A stretch of DNA of 64,000 nucleotides from an uncultured Verrucomicrobia subdivision 3 bacterium (GCA_903944085.1 CAJAQO010000321.1:8340-72339); one strand, 5' to 3'; positions 1-10,105 are shown, numbered from the stretch's first letter. Notes: generated by a model not told the origin, from the letters alone. Made by a program: numbers and translations.

Positions 1-71
1 GCGACATTGACACCGGCAGCAATCACCTGGGTTTCCGCTGCGTGAAAGACATCGAGGTAAAACAAAAATGA
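1..71 (+). CDS. 3' end of an FGE/SUMF1-fold (formylglycine-generating enzyme family) protein, partial
   Basis: Frame 3 reads DIDTGSNHLGFRCVKDIEVKQK*. The HLGFRCV tail is the typical C-terminal motif of the FGE-sulfatase fold. Only 22 codons are visible. Confidence 0.45.
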   Translation, partial: DIDTGSNHLGFRCVKDIEVKQK

Positions 72-164
72 AAAACTTGGTTCAACAGGAGCAAACGGGG
101 AGCGCAGAGACCGGAACGGAATTCTCTGCTGCCTCTGCTCCCTCCTGTTCAATTTATTAATCCC

Positions 165-1457
165 ATGAACACTGATTTTGCCCCGACCATTGACAAATAC
201 GACGCGCCGTCCCTGGTCGGCAACCAAGGGCGCAAGCGCTTCCACGTCATGGCCAAGCCGGCCGGGTCCACCTGCAATTTGGATTGCGATTATTGCTTTT
301 ACTTGAGCAAGGAAACGCTGCCGAACGGCCCGGCCACTGGCCGGATGTCCGATGAAATGCTGGAGCGCTTCATCTCGCAATACATCGCCGGCGTGACTGG
401 ACCGGAAGTGGTCTTCTCCTGGCAGGGCGGCGAGCCGACGTTGATGGGCCTGGATTTTTTCCGCAAGGTCGTCGCGCTGGAAAAGAAATACGCCAAGCCG
501 TTTCAGAAAATCGAAAACGATTTGCAGACCAACGGCACGCTGATCAACGAGGAATGGTGCGAGTTTCTGAAGGAGAACCATTTTCTGGTGGGCTTGAGCA
601 TTGATGGGCCGAAGGAGATTCACGACAAGTATCGCGTCACGAAAGGCCGGCAGCCCACGTTTGAAAAAGTTTTTCACACGGCCAAATTATTTCAGCGCTA
701 CGGCGTGCCGTTCAATACGCTGACGTGCGTGAACCGGTTCAATGCCCGCAAGCCGCTGGATGTTTACCGCTTTCTCCGGCGCGAGCTCAACTCCACCTAC
801 CTGCAATTCATCCCGATTGTCGAATACAAGGGCTTCGAGAAAACCGCGCCGCACAAGTGGGACAATGCGGCGTTGCCCAAGGACGGTGAGCCGGAAGCCA
901 AGCCCGGCCATCCCAATTCCATCGTCACCGACTGGTCGGTGGACCCGGACGACTGGGGCTATTTCCTGTGCAAGGTGTTTGACGAATGGCGCAGCAAGGA
1001 CATCGGCAAAGTTCTGGTTAACCACTTTGAGACGCTCGTGTCCCAGCACATGGGCCTGGGTTCGCAGGTCTGCATCTATGGCGAGTTTTGCGGCAAAGGC
1101 GTGGCGGTGGAAAATGACGGCGGCGTTTATTCCTGCGACCACTATGTCTATCCAGAGTATCGGCTGGGCAACATCAAGGACCAGGCGCTCGACAGCCAGG
1201 TTTTTTCCCGAACGCAGGTGAAATTCGGCTACGCCAAAAACGAAACCTTGCCGAAATATTGCCGCCAGTGCGCCTATCTCTCGGATTGCTGGGGCGAATG
1301 TCCGAAGAACCGGATCATCCGCACGCCCGACGGCGAACCGGGTTTGAACTATCTCTGCCGCGGCTTCAAGCAATACTTCGCGCACGCCATTCCCGAAGTG
1401 AACCGGATTGTTGCGGACTTGAAGAAGCAGCCGCTGCAACCCCAAAAGCGGATGTGA
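165..1457 (+). CDS. anaerobic sulfatase-maturating enzyme (radical SAM/SPASM)
   Basis: 430 aa. It has an N-terminal CNLDCDYC (CxxxCxxC) radical-SAM cluster motif, GGEPTL, and C-terminal Cys clusters (CIYGEFC, CDHYVY, CRQCAYLSDCWGEC) typical of anSME/SPASM. Confidence 0.85.
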   Translation: MNTDFAPTIDKYDAPSLVGNQGRKRFHVMAKPAGSTCNLDCDYCFYLSKETLPNGPATGRMSDEMLERFISQYIAGVTGPEVVFSWQGGEPTLMGLDFFRKVVALEKKYAKPFQKIENDLQTNGTLINEEWCEFLKENHFLVGLSIDGPKEIHDKYRVTKGRQPTFEKVFHTAKLFQRYGVPFNTLTCVNRFNARKPLDVYRFLRRELNSTYLQFIPIVEYKGFEKTAPHKWDNAALPKDGEPEAKPGHPNSIVTDWSVDPDDWGYFLCKVFDEWRSKDIGKVLVNHFETLVSQHMGLGSQVCIYGEFCGKGVAVENDGGVYSCDHYVYPEYRLGNIKDQALDSQVFSRTQVKFGYAKNETLPKYCRQCAYLSDCWGECPKNRIIRTPDGEPGLNYLCRGFKQYFAHAIPEVNRIVADLKKQPLQPQKRM

Positions 1458-1484
1458 CCAGCGCATCGTCCACCATCCAAAATC

Positions 1485-2228
1485 ATGAAACTGAAAATCC
1501 TCGCGCTAGTCATGGCGCTGACCTCGGTCAAGGTCATGGCGGGCGACGCGGAAACTAACCGCTGGTCATTCGACATCACGCCTTACCTCTGGGTTGCGAG
1601 CATTGCCGCCGAGACGAGTTTGCCGGACACGCCGCCGTCAACGCCGTCGGGCGTGGATCGGTTCGACACGCGCATCAGCGCCGGCGCGATGCTCGCCGCG
1701 CAGGCGCGCTATAAGTCCGTGGGCATGGCCGTTGATTTCGCTTGGCTGCGCCTCGGCACCGAAGCGCTCAATCCTGGACCGGCCTTTTCCGCCGTGGATT
1801 TGAAGTCGGACTTCATTCACACCACCGCCGCGCTGACTTACCGTTTGCCGTTGCGCGGGAAGTTCCATGCGGATCTGCTGGCCGGTGCGAGACTCTGGAA
1901 TGTAAACGAGGAGATCACGTTCGCCGGCGGCGCGCTGCCGGGGTTCAAGGCGAGCGGTGACAAGACTTGGGTTGACCCCGTGATTGGCGCGGAATTGCGC
2001 TACGACTTGTCCGAACGCTGGTCGCTCGTGACCAAGGGCACCGTGGGCGGATTCGGGGTTTCCTCCAAGATCGCGTGGGAAGTTTTTAGCGGCGTGGACT
2101 ACCGGTTCACGGATTGGTGTTCGGGCATTTTGGGCTATCGCTATCTGCACGAGGAATATGACCGGGAAGATTTCAAATTTAATTTAGACACGAATGGATT
2201 TCTGCTGGGGGTCGGCTTCCATTTCTAA
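1485..2228 (+). CDS. outer-membrane beta-barrel protein (paralog of 4599..5312)
   Basis: Signal peptide MKLKILALVMALTSVKVMA, alternating beta-strand pattern, and a C-terminal ...GVGFHF aromatic terminus. Confidence 0.7.
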   Translation: MKLKILALVMALTSVKVMAGDAETNRWSFDITPYLWVASIAAETSLPDTPPSTPSGVDRFDTRISAGAMLAAQARYKSVGMAVDFAWLRLGTEALNPGPAFSAVDLKSDFIHTTAALTYRLPLRGKFHADLLAGARLWNVNEEITFAGGALPGFKASGDKTWVDPVIGAELRYDLSERWSLVTKGTVGGFGVSSKIAWEVFSGVDYRFTDWCSGILGYRYLHEEYDREDFKFNLDTNGFLLGVGFHF

Positions 2229-2301
2229 ACTGAAAACAGACTTGAAAAACTTTTTCATAATCCCGGCGAGCAGGAAGAAACACGAGCATCCGGTTGCGCC
2301 A

Positions 2302-3243
2302 ATGCTGCTGCTGGCTTTCACCTGCGCATCCGCGTTCGCCCAGCCGGTGGTGCCGTCGGCCGCCGTTGAACAATTCCAGCAGGTCATCGGCAGCCGGGTG
2401 GAGGCCGTGACGATTCTCGGCGGTGACTATGGCGCGGCGGGCGGCATTTACACGTTCCGAGGCGGCGAAGTTGCCAACTTGAGCGTGGCCAAAGTCGGCG
2501 GCGGCGGAAACATCGCGGAGCCGCGCCCGCTCGGCGAGAGCGGCTTGAAATGGGCGCCCGTGCTGCAAGGCAACCTCGGCCACATCTCGGCGCAGAACGA
2601 TTTCGCGACGGGTTATCTGGCCGGCAACAAGTCGGTGTATGACGTGCTGGCCGTGCAGGCCGGCGGCGGCGCGCGGCTTTATTTCACCGACCATTTCAGC
2701 CTCGCGGCCACGCTCAGCGGCATTTACGGGCACACTGAAAACGAGTTCAAGGCGCAGAACGCCGTGGGCGACTACATCAAGTCGGTCGCCAGCGGAACCT
2801 ATGTGGACTGGAATCTGGACACCTGGTCGGTGGAGCCGGCGCTGGATTTGAATTATGATCTTCACTGGCGGCGGGCAACCTTCGCGTTGAGTTCGCGCTA
2901 CAATTATTTCCACACGGAAAGTTTCAGCAGCTCGTCGCCCGTCGTCGGCGTGGACGGCGACTCGCACACCTGGGAGAACAAGCTGGACGTGGACGTGCCG
3001 CTGGGCTGGAAATTGTTTGACCGGGAACTGCACACGGGCGGTTTTTTGTCGCGCACGGAATTGTTTGGCAACGCCGCCGAGGGCCTCAACGAAAACCATA
3101 TTTACACAGTGAACGGACGCTTCGTCATGGATTTGCTGGGGCACGCCTGGAAAGTCCGCTGGCTCGGCGTCGGCTACTCGTATTTTTGGGGTGATCATTT
3201 CGACGGTTGGTCCGCCGGTTTGGATATGCGGTTCAAATTCTAA
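2302..3243 (+). CDS. outer-membrane beta-barrel protein
   Basis: The internal ATG at 2302 gives signal peptide MLLLAFTCASAFA. The protein is Gly/aromatic rich and ends ...GLDMRFKF. The upstream part of ORF 2194 overlaps the previous gene. Confidence 0.6.
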   Translation: MLLLAFTCASAFAQPVVPSAAVEQFQQVIGSRVEAVTILGGDYGAAGGIYTFRGGEVANLSVAKVGGGGNIAEPRPLGESGLKWAPVLQGNLGHISAQNDFATGYLAGNKSVYDVLAVQAGGGARLYFTDHFSLAATLSGIYGHTENEFKAQNAVGDYIKSVASGTYVDWNLDTWSVEPALDLNYDLHWRRATFALSSRYNYFHTESFSSSSPVVGVDGDSHTWENKLDVDVPLGWKLFDRELHTGGFLSRTELFGNAAEGLNENHIYTVNGRFVMDLLGHAWKVRWLGVGYSYFWGDHFDGWSAGLDMRFKF

Positions 3244-3375
3244 CGAACCGCGCACCTGCCGCTGTGCAACTTGGCGGTGCAAATCGGCCCCCGACCTCGC
3301 CGAAACCGGTATTGGACCAAAGGTCAATAGGCAGCCGCCAACGAATCTGGCAAAATGTCCGACGACGATTCACTT

Positions 3376-4557
3376 ATGAATCAAAAACGAACCAATTTGA
3401 CCACGGTGGCGGGGACGTTGCTGGCACTGCTGTTGGCCGGGCCGCTGCTGGCGTCCGATGCGGTTCCATCAGGTTCTGCCGCCGCCACCAATGCTCCCTC
3501 CAAACTTCGTTCGGCTGAGGACGGCTGGCTGGACATCAGCGAATTTATTGATCAGGCCTATGGTTTTGTGCCGTTGGTGATGCCCATCACGGAACCGGCG
3601 GTCGGTTACGGCGGTGTGGGCGGACTGGCGTTTATTGACAAACCCAAAGGCGAGGCGCAGGCGGGTTTTGGCCGGCCGAACATCACGGCGGTCGGCGGCC
3701 TGGGCACGGAGAATGGCACCTGGGGTGGCGGCGTGGTTGACGTGCGCCACTGGCTGGACGACCGGTTGCAAACGCAATTGGCGCTGGCCTACGCTTCGGT
3801 GAATCTTGATTTCTACGGTCTTGGTGCCGACAGCACGCTGAATAATCATCCGCTGCATTACAACCTTGAACCGCTGGGCGGCCGGGTGCAGGCGAAATAT
3901 CGGCTCGGCAATTCGCGCTACTGGGCCGGGTTGGGCTATTCACTTTCCGGCACGCAGGTGAAATTTGATGCGCCAGCGGGCACGCCCGGCTTGCCGGATC
4001 TGCATGGCGATTCTCAAGTCGGCGGATTGAGACCATCGTTCACCTACGATTCGCGCGACAACATTTTCACGGCGACGCGCGGCACCTATTTCGAGGCGAC
4101 CGCGGGGATGTTCAGCCAGGCGCTCGGCGGTGACGATGAATTCCAAAAGATCAATCTCATTGCCATCCAATATCTGCCGCTGCATCCGAAACTGACGCTG
4201 GGCGTGCGCGGCGATGCCAACTTTAGTTTTGGCAACGAGCCGTTTTATCTGCGGCCGTATGTCAGTTTGCGCGGCGCGCCGGCGATGCGCTACCAAGGCG
4301 ATGAAGTGGCGCAGGGCGAAGCGGAATTGCGCTGGCAATTCTGGAAACGCTTCAGCCTCGTCGGCTTTGGTGGTGGCGGCGTGGCGTGGAACAACTTTGA
4401 TCATTTTGAAAAGACGCGAACCATCGTGACCGGCGGCACGGGCTTCCGCTACGAGCTGGCGCGCAAATACGGATTGCACATGGGGGCGGACGTGGCGTTC
4501 GGCCCGGACGGCCCGGTCGTTTATGTGCAATTCGGCAGCGCCTGGATGCGACCCTGA
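3376..4557 (+). CDS. Omp85/BamA-like surface-antigen (D15) barrel protein without an obvious POTRA region
   Basis: Signal peptide MNQKRTNLTTVAGTLLALLLAGPLLA (the ORF opens at 3355). The C-terminal ...GGTGFRYELARKYGLHMGADVAFGPDG... resembles Bac_surface_Ag barrels. Confidence 0.6.
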   Translation: MNQKRTNLTTVAGTLLALLLAGPLLASDAVPSGSAAATNAPSKLRSAEDGWLDISEFIDQAYGFVPLVMPITEPAVGYGGVGGLAFIDKPKGEAQAGFGRPNITAVGGLGTENGTWGGGVVDVRHWLDDRLQTQLALAYASVNLDFYGLGADSTLNNHPLHYNLEPLGGRVQAKYRLGNSRYWAGLGYSLSGTQVKFDAPAGTPGLPDLHGDSQVGGLRPSFTYDSRDNIFTATRGTYFEATAGMFSQALGGDDEFQKINLIAIQYLPLHPKLTLGVRGDANFSFGNEPFYLRPYVSLRGAPAMRYQGDEVAQGEAELRWQFWKRFSLVGFGGGGVAWNNFDHFEKTRTIVTGGTGFRYELARKYGLHMGADVAFGPDGPVVYVQFGSAWMRP

Positions 4558-4598
4558 AATGAAATGCAATTTTTTGATTCATTGAAAGACACCTAACT

Positions 4599-5312
4599 AT
4601 GAAAATAAAAATCCTGTTTGCCTTTGGTCTCACCGCCAGTCTGATTCCGCTGGCGGTATCGGCCGAAGAAACCAGCCCTTGGTCCTGCGACTTCTCACTG
4701 TATGGCCTCGCGGCCGGCATGTCCGGCAACGCCACGGTCAAAGGCGTCAACGCCAACGTGGATGTCGGTTTCGACAAAATCCTCGACCATCTCCAATTCG
4801 GGGCCATGGGGACCGCGCGCATCGGCTACGACCGTTGGGCGCTGACGACGGATATTATTTACATGAAGCTCGGCGCGTCCAAAAACGCGGTGAATGTGGA
4901 CCTGGAACAGTGGGTAGTTGAGCCGACTTTGAGTTATCGCCTCTGCAAGTATTTCGAGCCGCTGGTGGGCCTGCGTTATAACAATGTCAGCGGAGATATT
5001 AACGGCCCTTTCGGCCGTAACCCCACGGGCACGCAGGAGTGGTATGATCCGATCATTGGCGGCAATGTGAACCTGCCGCTCAGCCAGAGCTTTAGTTTTA
5101 ATTTGCGCGGCGACATCGGCGGCTTCGGCGTCGGCTCTGACCTTACCTGGCAGGCCTTTCCCAATTTTGAATGGCACTTTTCAAAGTCCGCTTCGGTGCA
5201 ATTGGGCTACCGCCTCCTTTACAACGACTACGAAACCGGCAGCGGTTTGAATAAATTCAAATACGACATCCTGACCAGCGGCCCGCAAATTGGGTTCGCG
5301 TATCATTTTTAA
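4599..5312 (+). CDS. outer-membrane beta-barrel protein (paralog of 1485..2228)
   Basis: Signal peptide MKIKILFAFGLTASLIPLAVSA. It has the same size and layout as 1485..2228, shares the W.DP.IG motif, and ends ...GFAYHF. Confidence 0.7.
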   Translation: MKIKILFAFGLTASLIPLAVSAEETSPWSCDFSLYGLAAGMSGNATVKGVNANVDVGFDKILDHLQFGAMGTARIGYDRWALTTDIIYMKLGASKNAVNVDLEQWVVEPTLSYRLCKYFEPLVGLRYNNVSGDINGPFGRNPTGTQEWYDPIIGGNVNLPLSQSFSFNLRGDIGGFGVGSDLTWQAFPNFEWHFSKSASVQLGYRLLYNDYETGSGLNKFKYDILTSGPQIGFAYHF

Positions 5313-5352
5313 ACCACCCCAAACCAACACAACATACCTTAAAATTTCCGCC

Positions 5353-5910
5353 ATGAAATACTCATTCCTTGTCCTGCTAAATCTGGCCGCACTCCTCGTC
5401 GCCGGGTGCAATACCACGCCAACCAAGGTGGACAGCGGCCCCATTCACGCAGCCACTTTTAGCTTTGTGGCCAGAAACGGTTCCCAGCCGGAACCCGGTT
5501 TTGCCGACAGCCGGGAAGCGGTTCATGCAATGATCCATGATGCAATCAGCCGGAATCTGGCCGGCAAAGGCGTGACGCAAGTTGAGTCCGGTGGCGATGT
5601 GATCGTGGCGTATCTCGTGATTGTCGGCAACAACGCCGTCACCGAATCCATCAACACTTACTTCGGTTATGGCCGCAATGCCAGCGACCTGCACGACCAA
5701 GCGCAAGATGCCTACACCCACAGCAAGAACCCTAATCATTTCGAGGCCGGCACACTCTTGGTGGACATCATTGATGCGAAAACCTACAAGCTGCTCAAAC
5801 GGGCTTATGTGACACGACCGGTGCTGCGCAATGCAGCGGCGGAGGTGCGGGCTGACAATATTCAGGAAGCCGTGAATGCAGTGCTCAAGGATGTGCACAT
5901 CGCCCATTGA
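5353..5910 (+). CDS. lipoprotein, DUF4136-like
   Basis: Lipobox LLVAGC after the ATG at 5353. GTLLVDIIDAKTYKLLKRAY resembles the DUF4136 core motif. Confidence 0.6.
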   Translation: MKYSFLVLLNLAALLVAGCNTTPTKVDSGPIHAATFSFVARNGSQPEPGFADSREAVHAMIHDAISRNLAGKGVTQVESGGDVIVAYLVIVGNNAVTESINTYFGYGRNASDLHDQAQDAYTHSKNPNHFEAGTLLVDIIDAKTYKLLKRAYVTRPVLRNAAAEVRADNIQEAVNAVLKDVHIAH

Positions 5911-5934
5911 TTACCGATTATTGATCACTGAAAT

Positions 5935-6135
5935 ATGAACAACCTGCACGAGCTCTTGGAAAAGCTAACTTCCGGCGACATCCCTACCGGGGCAATGGGA
6001 GGCGGGGGCATCGTCCTGCTCCTGATCGCGTTGAAAGTGGCCAAAGGCTTTTTGAAAATGATTTTAGTCGTGCTCGCTCTGGCCGCGTTTGCCGGAGCCG
6101 TCTGGTGGCATTTACACAACCAAGGAAAAATATGA
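5935..6135 (+). CDS. small two-TM membrane protein
   Basis: 66 aa with two hydrophobic helices. Its stop overlaps the next start (ATGA at 6132), which suggests translational coupling. Confidence 0.45.
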   Translation: MNNLHELLEKLTSGDIPTGAMGGGGIVLLLIALKVAKGFLKMILVVLALAAFAGAVWWHLHNQGKI

Positions 6136-7319
6136 AATTGAACAAAATACTCGTCATTCCTGTGCTCGCATTCGCGCTGCTGTCGGCGTCCGCGAACGCA
6201 CAAACCGCTCCGGCTTCCGCGCCACCGCCGTCGGCACCAGCCGAGCGCAGCGCGGCGGATTTGGAAAAACTCGTCGCGCCCATCGCGCTTTATCCCGACT
6301 CGCTGATTGCCACCATCCTGCCGGCGGCGGCGTATCCGCTGGAGATTGTCCAAGCGGCGCGTTTCGTGGCGGACACGAACAATCTTCCGAACTTGGATGC
6401 GCAGCCGTGGGATGAAAACGTGCGAGCGGTGGCCGCCGTGCCGGCGGCCATTCAGAAAATGAACGATGATTTGCCGTGGACCATCAGCCTGGGCGAGGCG
6501 TTCATTGCGCAGCCCAAGGAATTGATGGACACGATCCAAAGTTTGCGCGCCAAGGCAGAGGCCCTCGGCACGCTCAAGACTTCGCCGCAGCAGGTGGTCA
6601 CGGTCACCAACACGGTGGTGGAAACCGTGGTGCAGCAGCAGGTCGTTTATGTGACCAACACGATCGTGCAAATCCAGCCGGCCAATCCGCAAGTGATTTA
6701 TGTCCCGGCTTACGATCCCTGGTATGTCTATTATCCGCCGCCGGTTTATTACGTTGGGCCGCCGCCGGTGGTGACTTTCGCGGTCGGTGTCACGGTGGGT
6801 TTGATTATTGCCAACAACTGCGACTGGCATGGCGGCGGCATTTATGTGGGACATCACGGCGCGGTGGTCTGGGGCGGCGGCGGCTACCACCATAGCGATG
6901 TGGACATTGACATCAACCGGAACATAAACATTAACAACAATCACAACACGATTAACAATATCAATCGGCCGGCGCAAAAATGGCAGCCGGACCAGAGCCG
7001 GTTGCGCACAAGTGGTTCGCCCGGCGCCGTGGCTTCGGCGCGCAGTCTGGAGTCGCGCGGCTGGGGTTCACCGGCGACACGCACGGCCGACCGCACACCG
7101 GCGATCAGCCGACCGGCGGCGTCGCCCGGTATCAGTCGCCCCAATCCGGCACCGAGCCGTCCCAGCCCGACGGCCAATCGTTCCGTCCAACCGGCGGCTT
7201 CCCAGGGCAGCGCGTTTGGCGGTTTGAACAACGGCGGTAGCTCGCGGAATTTCAGCAATCGCGGCGCTGCTAGCCGCAGCGGCAGTTCTGGTGGTGGACG
7301 CTTTGGTGGTCGCCGGTAA
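6132..7319 (+). CDS. DUF3300-family secreted protein with a Pro/Ser/Gly/Arg-rich tail
   Basis: Signal peptide MKLNKILVIPVLAFALLSASANA. LVAPIALYPDSLIATILPAAAYPLEIVQAARF is the typical DUF3300 signature. Confidence 0.75.
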   Translation: MKLNKILVIPVLAFALLSASANAQTAPASAPPPSAPAERSAADLEKLVAPIALYPDSLIATILPAAAYPLEIVQAARFVADTNNLPNLDAQPWDENVRAVAAVPAAIQKMNDDLPWTISLGEAFIAQPKELMDTIQSLRAKAEALGTLKTSPQQVVTVTNTVVETVVQQQVVYVTNTIVQIQPANPQVIYVPAYDPWYVYYPPPVYYVGPPPVVTFAVGVTVGLIIANNCDWHGGGIYVGHHGAVVWGGGGYHHSDVDIDINRNININNNHNTINNINRPAQKWQPDQSRLRTSGSPGAVASARSLESRGWGSPATRTADRTPAISRPAASPGISRPNPAPSRPSPTANRSVQPAASQGSAFGGLNNGGSSRNFSNRGAASRSGSSGGGRFGGRR

Positions 7320-7348
7320 TCTTAAAATTCAAAATTATTTTCAACAAT

Positions 7349-8314
7349 ATGAAAACATCACCAAAAAGTTTTTCCACGAATGTGCTAAAACAGTTTTTGC
7401 AATCCGCTGTCCCGCGTCGTCTGGTTTTGGCGCTGGCCTGCATCACGCCATTCGCCCTCAACGCGGCGGACATTGGCAAGACCTTTGCGACGCCTGAAGA
7501 AGCCGTTAACGCACTCGTGGCTGCTGCCAGCGCGAAAGATACCAATGCCTTGCATGACATTTTTGGTCCGGCCACGGCGGACATTGCGAACCCGGATCGC
7601 GTGCAGGCGGCGAATGAGTTGGAGGCGTTCGCCACCGCGCTCAACCAGACCAACCGCATCGTGCATGAGTCGGATTCCAAGTGCGTGCTGGAAGTGGGTG
7701 AGAAATCCTGGCCGTTTCCGATTCCAGTCGTGAAGAAAGATGGCCAATGGTTTTTCGACACCGAGGCCGGCAAGGATGAAATTTTGAATCGCCGAATCGG
7801 TGAAAACGAACTGGCCACGCTCCAAGTGGTGCGCGGCTATGTCGAGGCCCAGCGCGAATACGCCACGAAGGATCGTGATGGCAAAGAAGTGCTGAAGTTC
7901 GCGCAGAAAATCATCAGCTCGCCCGGTCTGAAAGACGGACTTTACTGGCCGCCGGAACTCGACGGTGAAATCAGTCCGCTCGGTCCGCTCGCGGCGGATG
8001 CCGCCGCCGAAGGTTACGGCACAAATCCCGGCACCGAGCGGCAGCCGTTCCACGGATATTATTTCAAGGTTCTTAAGCGTCAGGGGAAAAACCCGCCCGG
8101 CGGAAAATATGATTATGTCATCAATGGAAACATGATCGCCGGCTTCGCGCTCGTGGCGTGGCCCGCCGAATATGGCGAGAGCGGCATCATGACTTTCATC
8201 GTGAATCAACAAGGACGTGTCTATCAAAAAGATCTTGGTCCGCAGACGGCGAAAGCCGCCGGAGCGATGGCGGCATACGACCCGGATAAAACCTGGGCCG
8301 TGTCGGCGGATTGA
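7349..8314 (+). CDS. DUF2950-family secreted protein
   Basis: It has a signal peptide, and the motifs LYWP, FHGYYFKVL and YGESGIMTFIVNQQGRVYQKDLG are typical of DUF2950. It sits next to the DUF3300 gene, as is commonly seen. Confidence 0.75.
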   Translation: MKTSPKSFSTNVLKQFLQSAVPRRLVLALACITPFALNAADIGKTFATPEEAVNALVAAASAKDTNALHDIFGPATADIANPDRVQAANELEAFATALNQTNRIVHESDSKCVLEVGEKSWPFPIPVVKKDGQWFFDTEAGKDEILNRRIGENELATLQVVRGYVEAQREYATKDRDGKEVLKFAQKIISSPGLKDGLYWPPELDGEISPLGPLAADAAAEGYGTNPGTERQPFHGYYFKVLKRQGKNPPGGKYDYVINGNMIAGFALVAWPAEYGESGIMTFIVNQQGRVYQKDLGPQTAKAAGAMAAYDPDKTWAVSAD

Positions 8315-8318
8315 ACCA

Positions 8319-8678
8319 ATGACCGAGTTGAATACAAACTTCCAACGTCTGCTGATCGCCGCCGCCGGCCTGTTGTTGGCCGGCTGCGGCACGGTGCATT
8401 TTGACGTGCCGCCCGGCCAGCGGGTCAGGCTGTTGACGCGCGATGATCCAACCGAGGTGCGCGTGGAGCACAAAATCTGGTATGCGTGGTGGGGCGGCAA
8501 AGTGCTGAACGGAAACCACACCGCGCCCTTCATTGCCACGAATCAATTGGTCGAGGTGAAGATGTTCACGGAACTAACCGTCGGTGACAGTTTGATCAAT
8601 CCGGTCACTTCGATCTTTTCGTTCAGCCGGCGCACGCTGGTCATTGAGGGGAACCGGCGAAAGGAATCAGCGCCATGA
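8319..8678 (+). CDS. small lipoprotein (possibly Bor-like)
   Basis: The ATG at 8319 gives a lipobox LLLAGC. The ORF track start at 8217 overlaps the previous gene. Confidence 0.55.
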   Translation: MTELNTNFQRLLIAAAGLLLAGCGTVHFDVPPGQRVRLLTRDDPTEVRVEHKIWYAWWGGKVLNGNHTAPFIATNQLVEVKMFTELTVGDSLINPVTSIFSFSRRTLVIEGNRRKESAP

Positions 8679-9031
8679 AACACAGCCGCGAAATTATTTT
8701 CGCCGGGCTGCTGCTCGGCGCGACCGGTTGCGCGCATGTGGAGGTCGTGGCCCTGCACGGGCCGCCCGTCTATCTGGTTTCCGCCGCCGCGCCGATGCCG
8801 GTGGAGCGGCGCTGGCGAACCTGGTTTCTGGCCTGGGGCATCACGCCGATAGACAACACCATGCCCGACGAATATATCCAGCGCGAACAACTCACCGAAG
8901 TGCGCGTCATCGTGGAAGACAATGTGCCGGATGCTCTGCACTCGATTTTATACAACGTCATCATTCCTTTCGGCTTGGTGCCGCAAACGGTGGTGCTGCA
9001 AGGCAGCCGCCAGCCCGTTGCCACGCCATAA
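8675..9031 (+). CDS. small lipoprotein
   Basis: Lipobox LLLGATGC, with a 4-nt ATGA overlap with the previous gene. Confidence 0.55.
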   Translation: MKHSREIIFAGLLLGATGCAHVEVVALHGPPVYLVSAAAPMPVERRWRTWFLAWGITPIDNTMPDEYIQREQLTEVRVIVEDNVPDALHSILYNVIIPFGLVPQTVVLQGSRQPVATP

Positions 9032-9073
9032 ATTTAACCGCAAAACACAACTACCAAACCAACCATTAGAATA

Positions 9074-9547
9074 ATGAACACATTGAAACTGCACACCCTG
9101 TTAAAATTCCTCCCGCTGGTGCTGGCGTGCGGACTGGCCAGCTTCGGCTGCAGCTCGATGAACCAGCCGGCGTCGGCCAGCTTTGCCTCGGTCACCATCA
9201 GCGGCAAAACCGCCGCCGAGATTCGTGACGCCACCGTCGCCGTGTTCCGCGAAAATGAATACCAGGTGTTCGCCTCCAGCCAGGGGCTGACCTTTGAGAA
9301 GGAAGGGTCGAAGCTGAATTCCATTTCGCGCGACGGTTTGGTGGGGACGCACTACGGCGCGGTCACGATCATCCGGGTGCGGGTGGCCTTGGTGGATCTT
9401 GGCGGCGGCAAACAACGGTTGCAATGCCAGGCCTCCATGGTGAGCGGGGCGGGCGACGCCTTCACCGAAGAGGAACACCGGCTCGCCAACTTCCGCAGCG
9501 GACCTTACCAGGATCTGTTGGACGAAGTTGCCAAACGACTGAAGTAA
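9074..9547 (+). CDS. lipoprotein
   Basis: Signal peptide plus lipobox LASFGC, 157 aa. Confidence 0.55.
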   Translation: MNTLKLHTLLKFLPLVLACGLASFGCSSMNQPASASFASVTISGKTAAEIRDATVAVFRENEYQVFASSQGLTFEKEGSKLNSISRDGLVGTHYGAVTIIRVRVALVDLGGGKQRLQCQASMVSGAGDAFTEEEHRLANFRSGPYQDLLDEVAKRLK

Positions 9548-9562
9548 TCTTCAATCGCCGCG

Positions 9563-10105
9563 ATGAGACAACTCAAGACCATTCAATGTCTGCCGCTGTT
9601 CGCGCTGCTCGCGCTGTGGGTTTCGGGTTGTGCCACGCCCAACGTCAATCCGCCGCAGGCCCGCGCGAACACGGGCTATGTGGATTTCCACGCCGATTCG
9701 GCGGATGAAATATACTGGCAGGTTGAGCGCTTCGATGACAGTGCGCACAGCTTCAAAAAAGTCATTTCGGATTTGAATCCGCCGGCGGGCGGGTTCTTGC
9801 GGCTGGCCTTTGCGCCGGGACATTACCGGTTGCGGGTGTCGGTTTTGAATCGCGCCACGCGCGAGCCGGGCGTGGTCGAAGTGGAGAGCAAGGACGGACT
9901 GATTACGCCCGTGAAGCTCCAGTTGATTCCCGACGGCACCATGCAAGTCCAACTCAAGTCGCAGCGGGTTGGGGCCACCGCCGGGGGACGCTACGCCCAG
10001 AAAACCAGATATGGCAGCACGGAAGCGACCTTGTTCCGGCTGTCAGCCGAGGCGGAGGCACCGACGGCTTATCGCGTCAAGGAGCAGACAGCTTATGCGC
10101 GCTGA
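9563..10105 (+). CDS. lipoprotein
   Basis: Lipobox LWVSGC, 180 aa. Confidence 0.55.
   Translation: MRQLKTIQCLPLFALLALWVSGCATPNVNPPQARANTGYVDFHADSADEIYWQVERFDDSAHSFKKVISDLNPPAGGFLRLAFAPGHYRLRVSVLNRATREPGVVEVESKDGLITPVKLQLIPDGTMQVQLKSQRVGATAGGRYAQKTRYGSTEATLFRLSAEAEAPTAYRVKEQTAYAR

Noticed and set aside
5925-6977. Long antisense ORFs opposite well-supported genes. Examples: 5925..6977-, 18228..19013-, 19110..19991-, 25935..27053+, 29544..30962+, 30727..32244-, 36138..38435+, 41138..42241-, 42257..43597-, 47152..49020-, 56960..58600-.
   Set aside because: They are Arg/Gly/His-rich low-complexity translations lying antisense to genes with clear family motifs. These are typical shadow ORFs of high-GC DNA.
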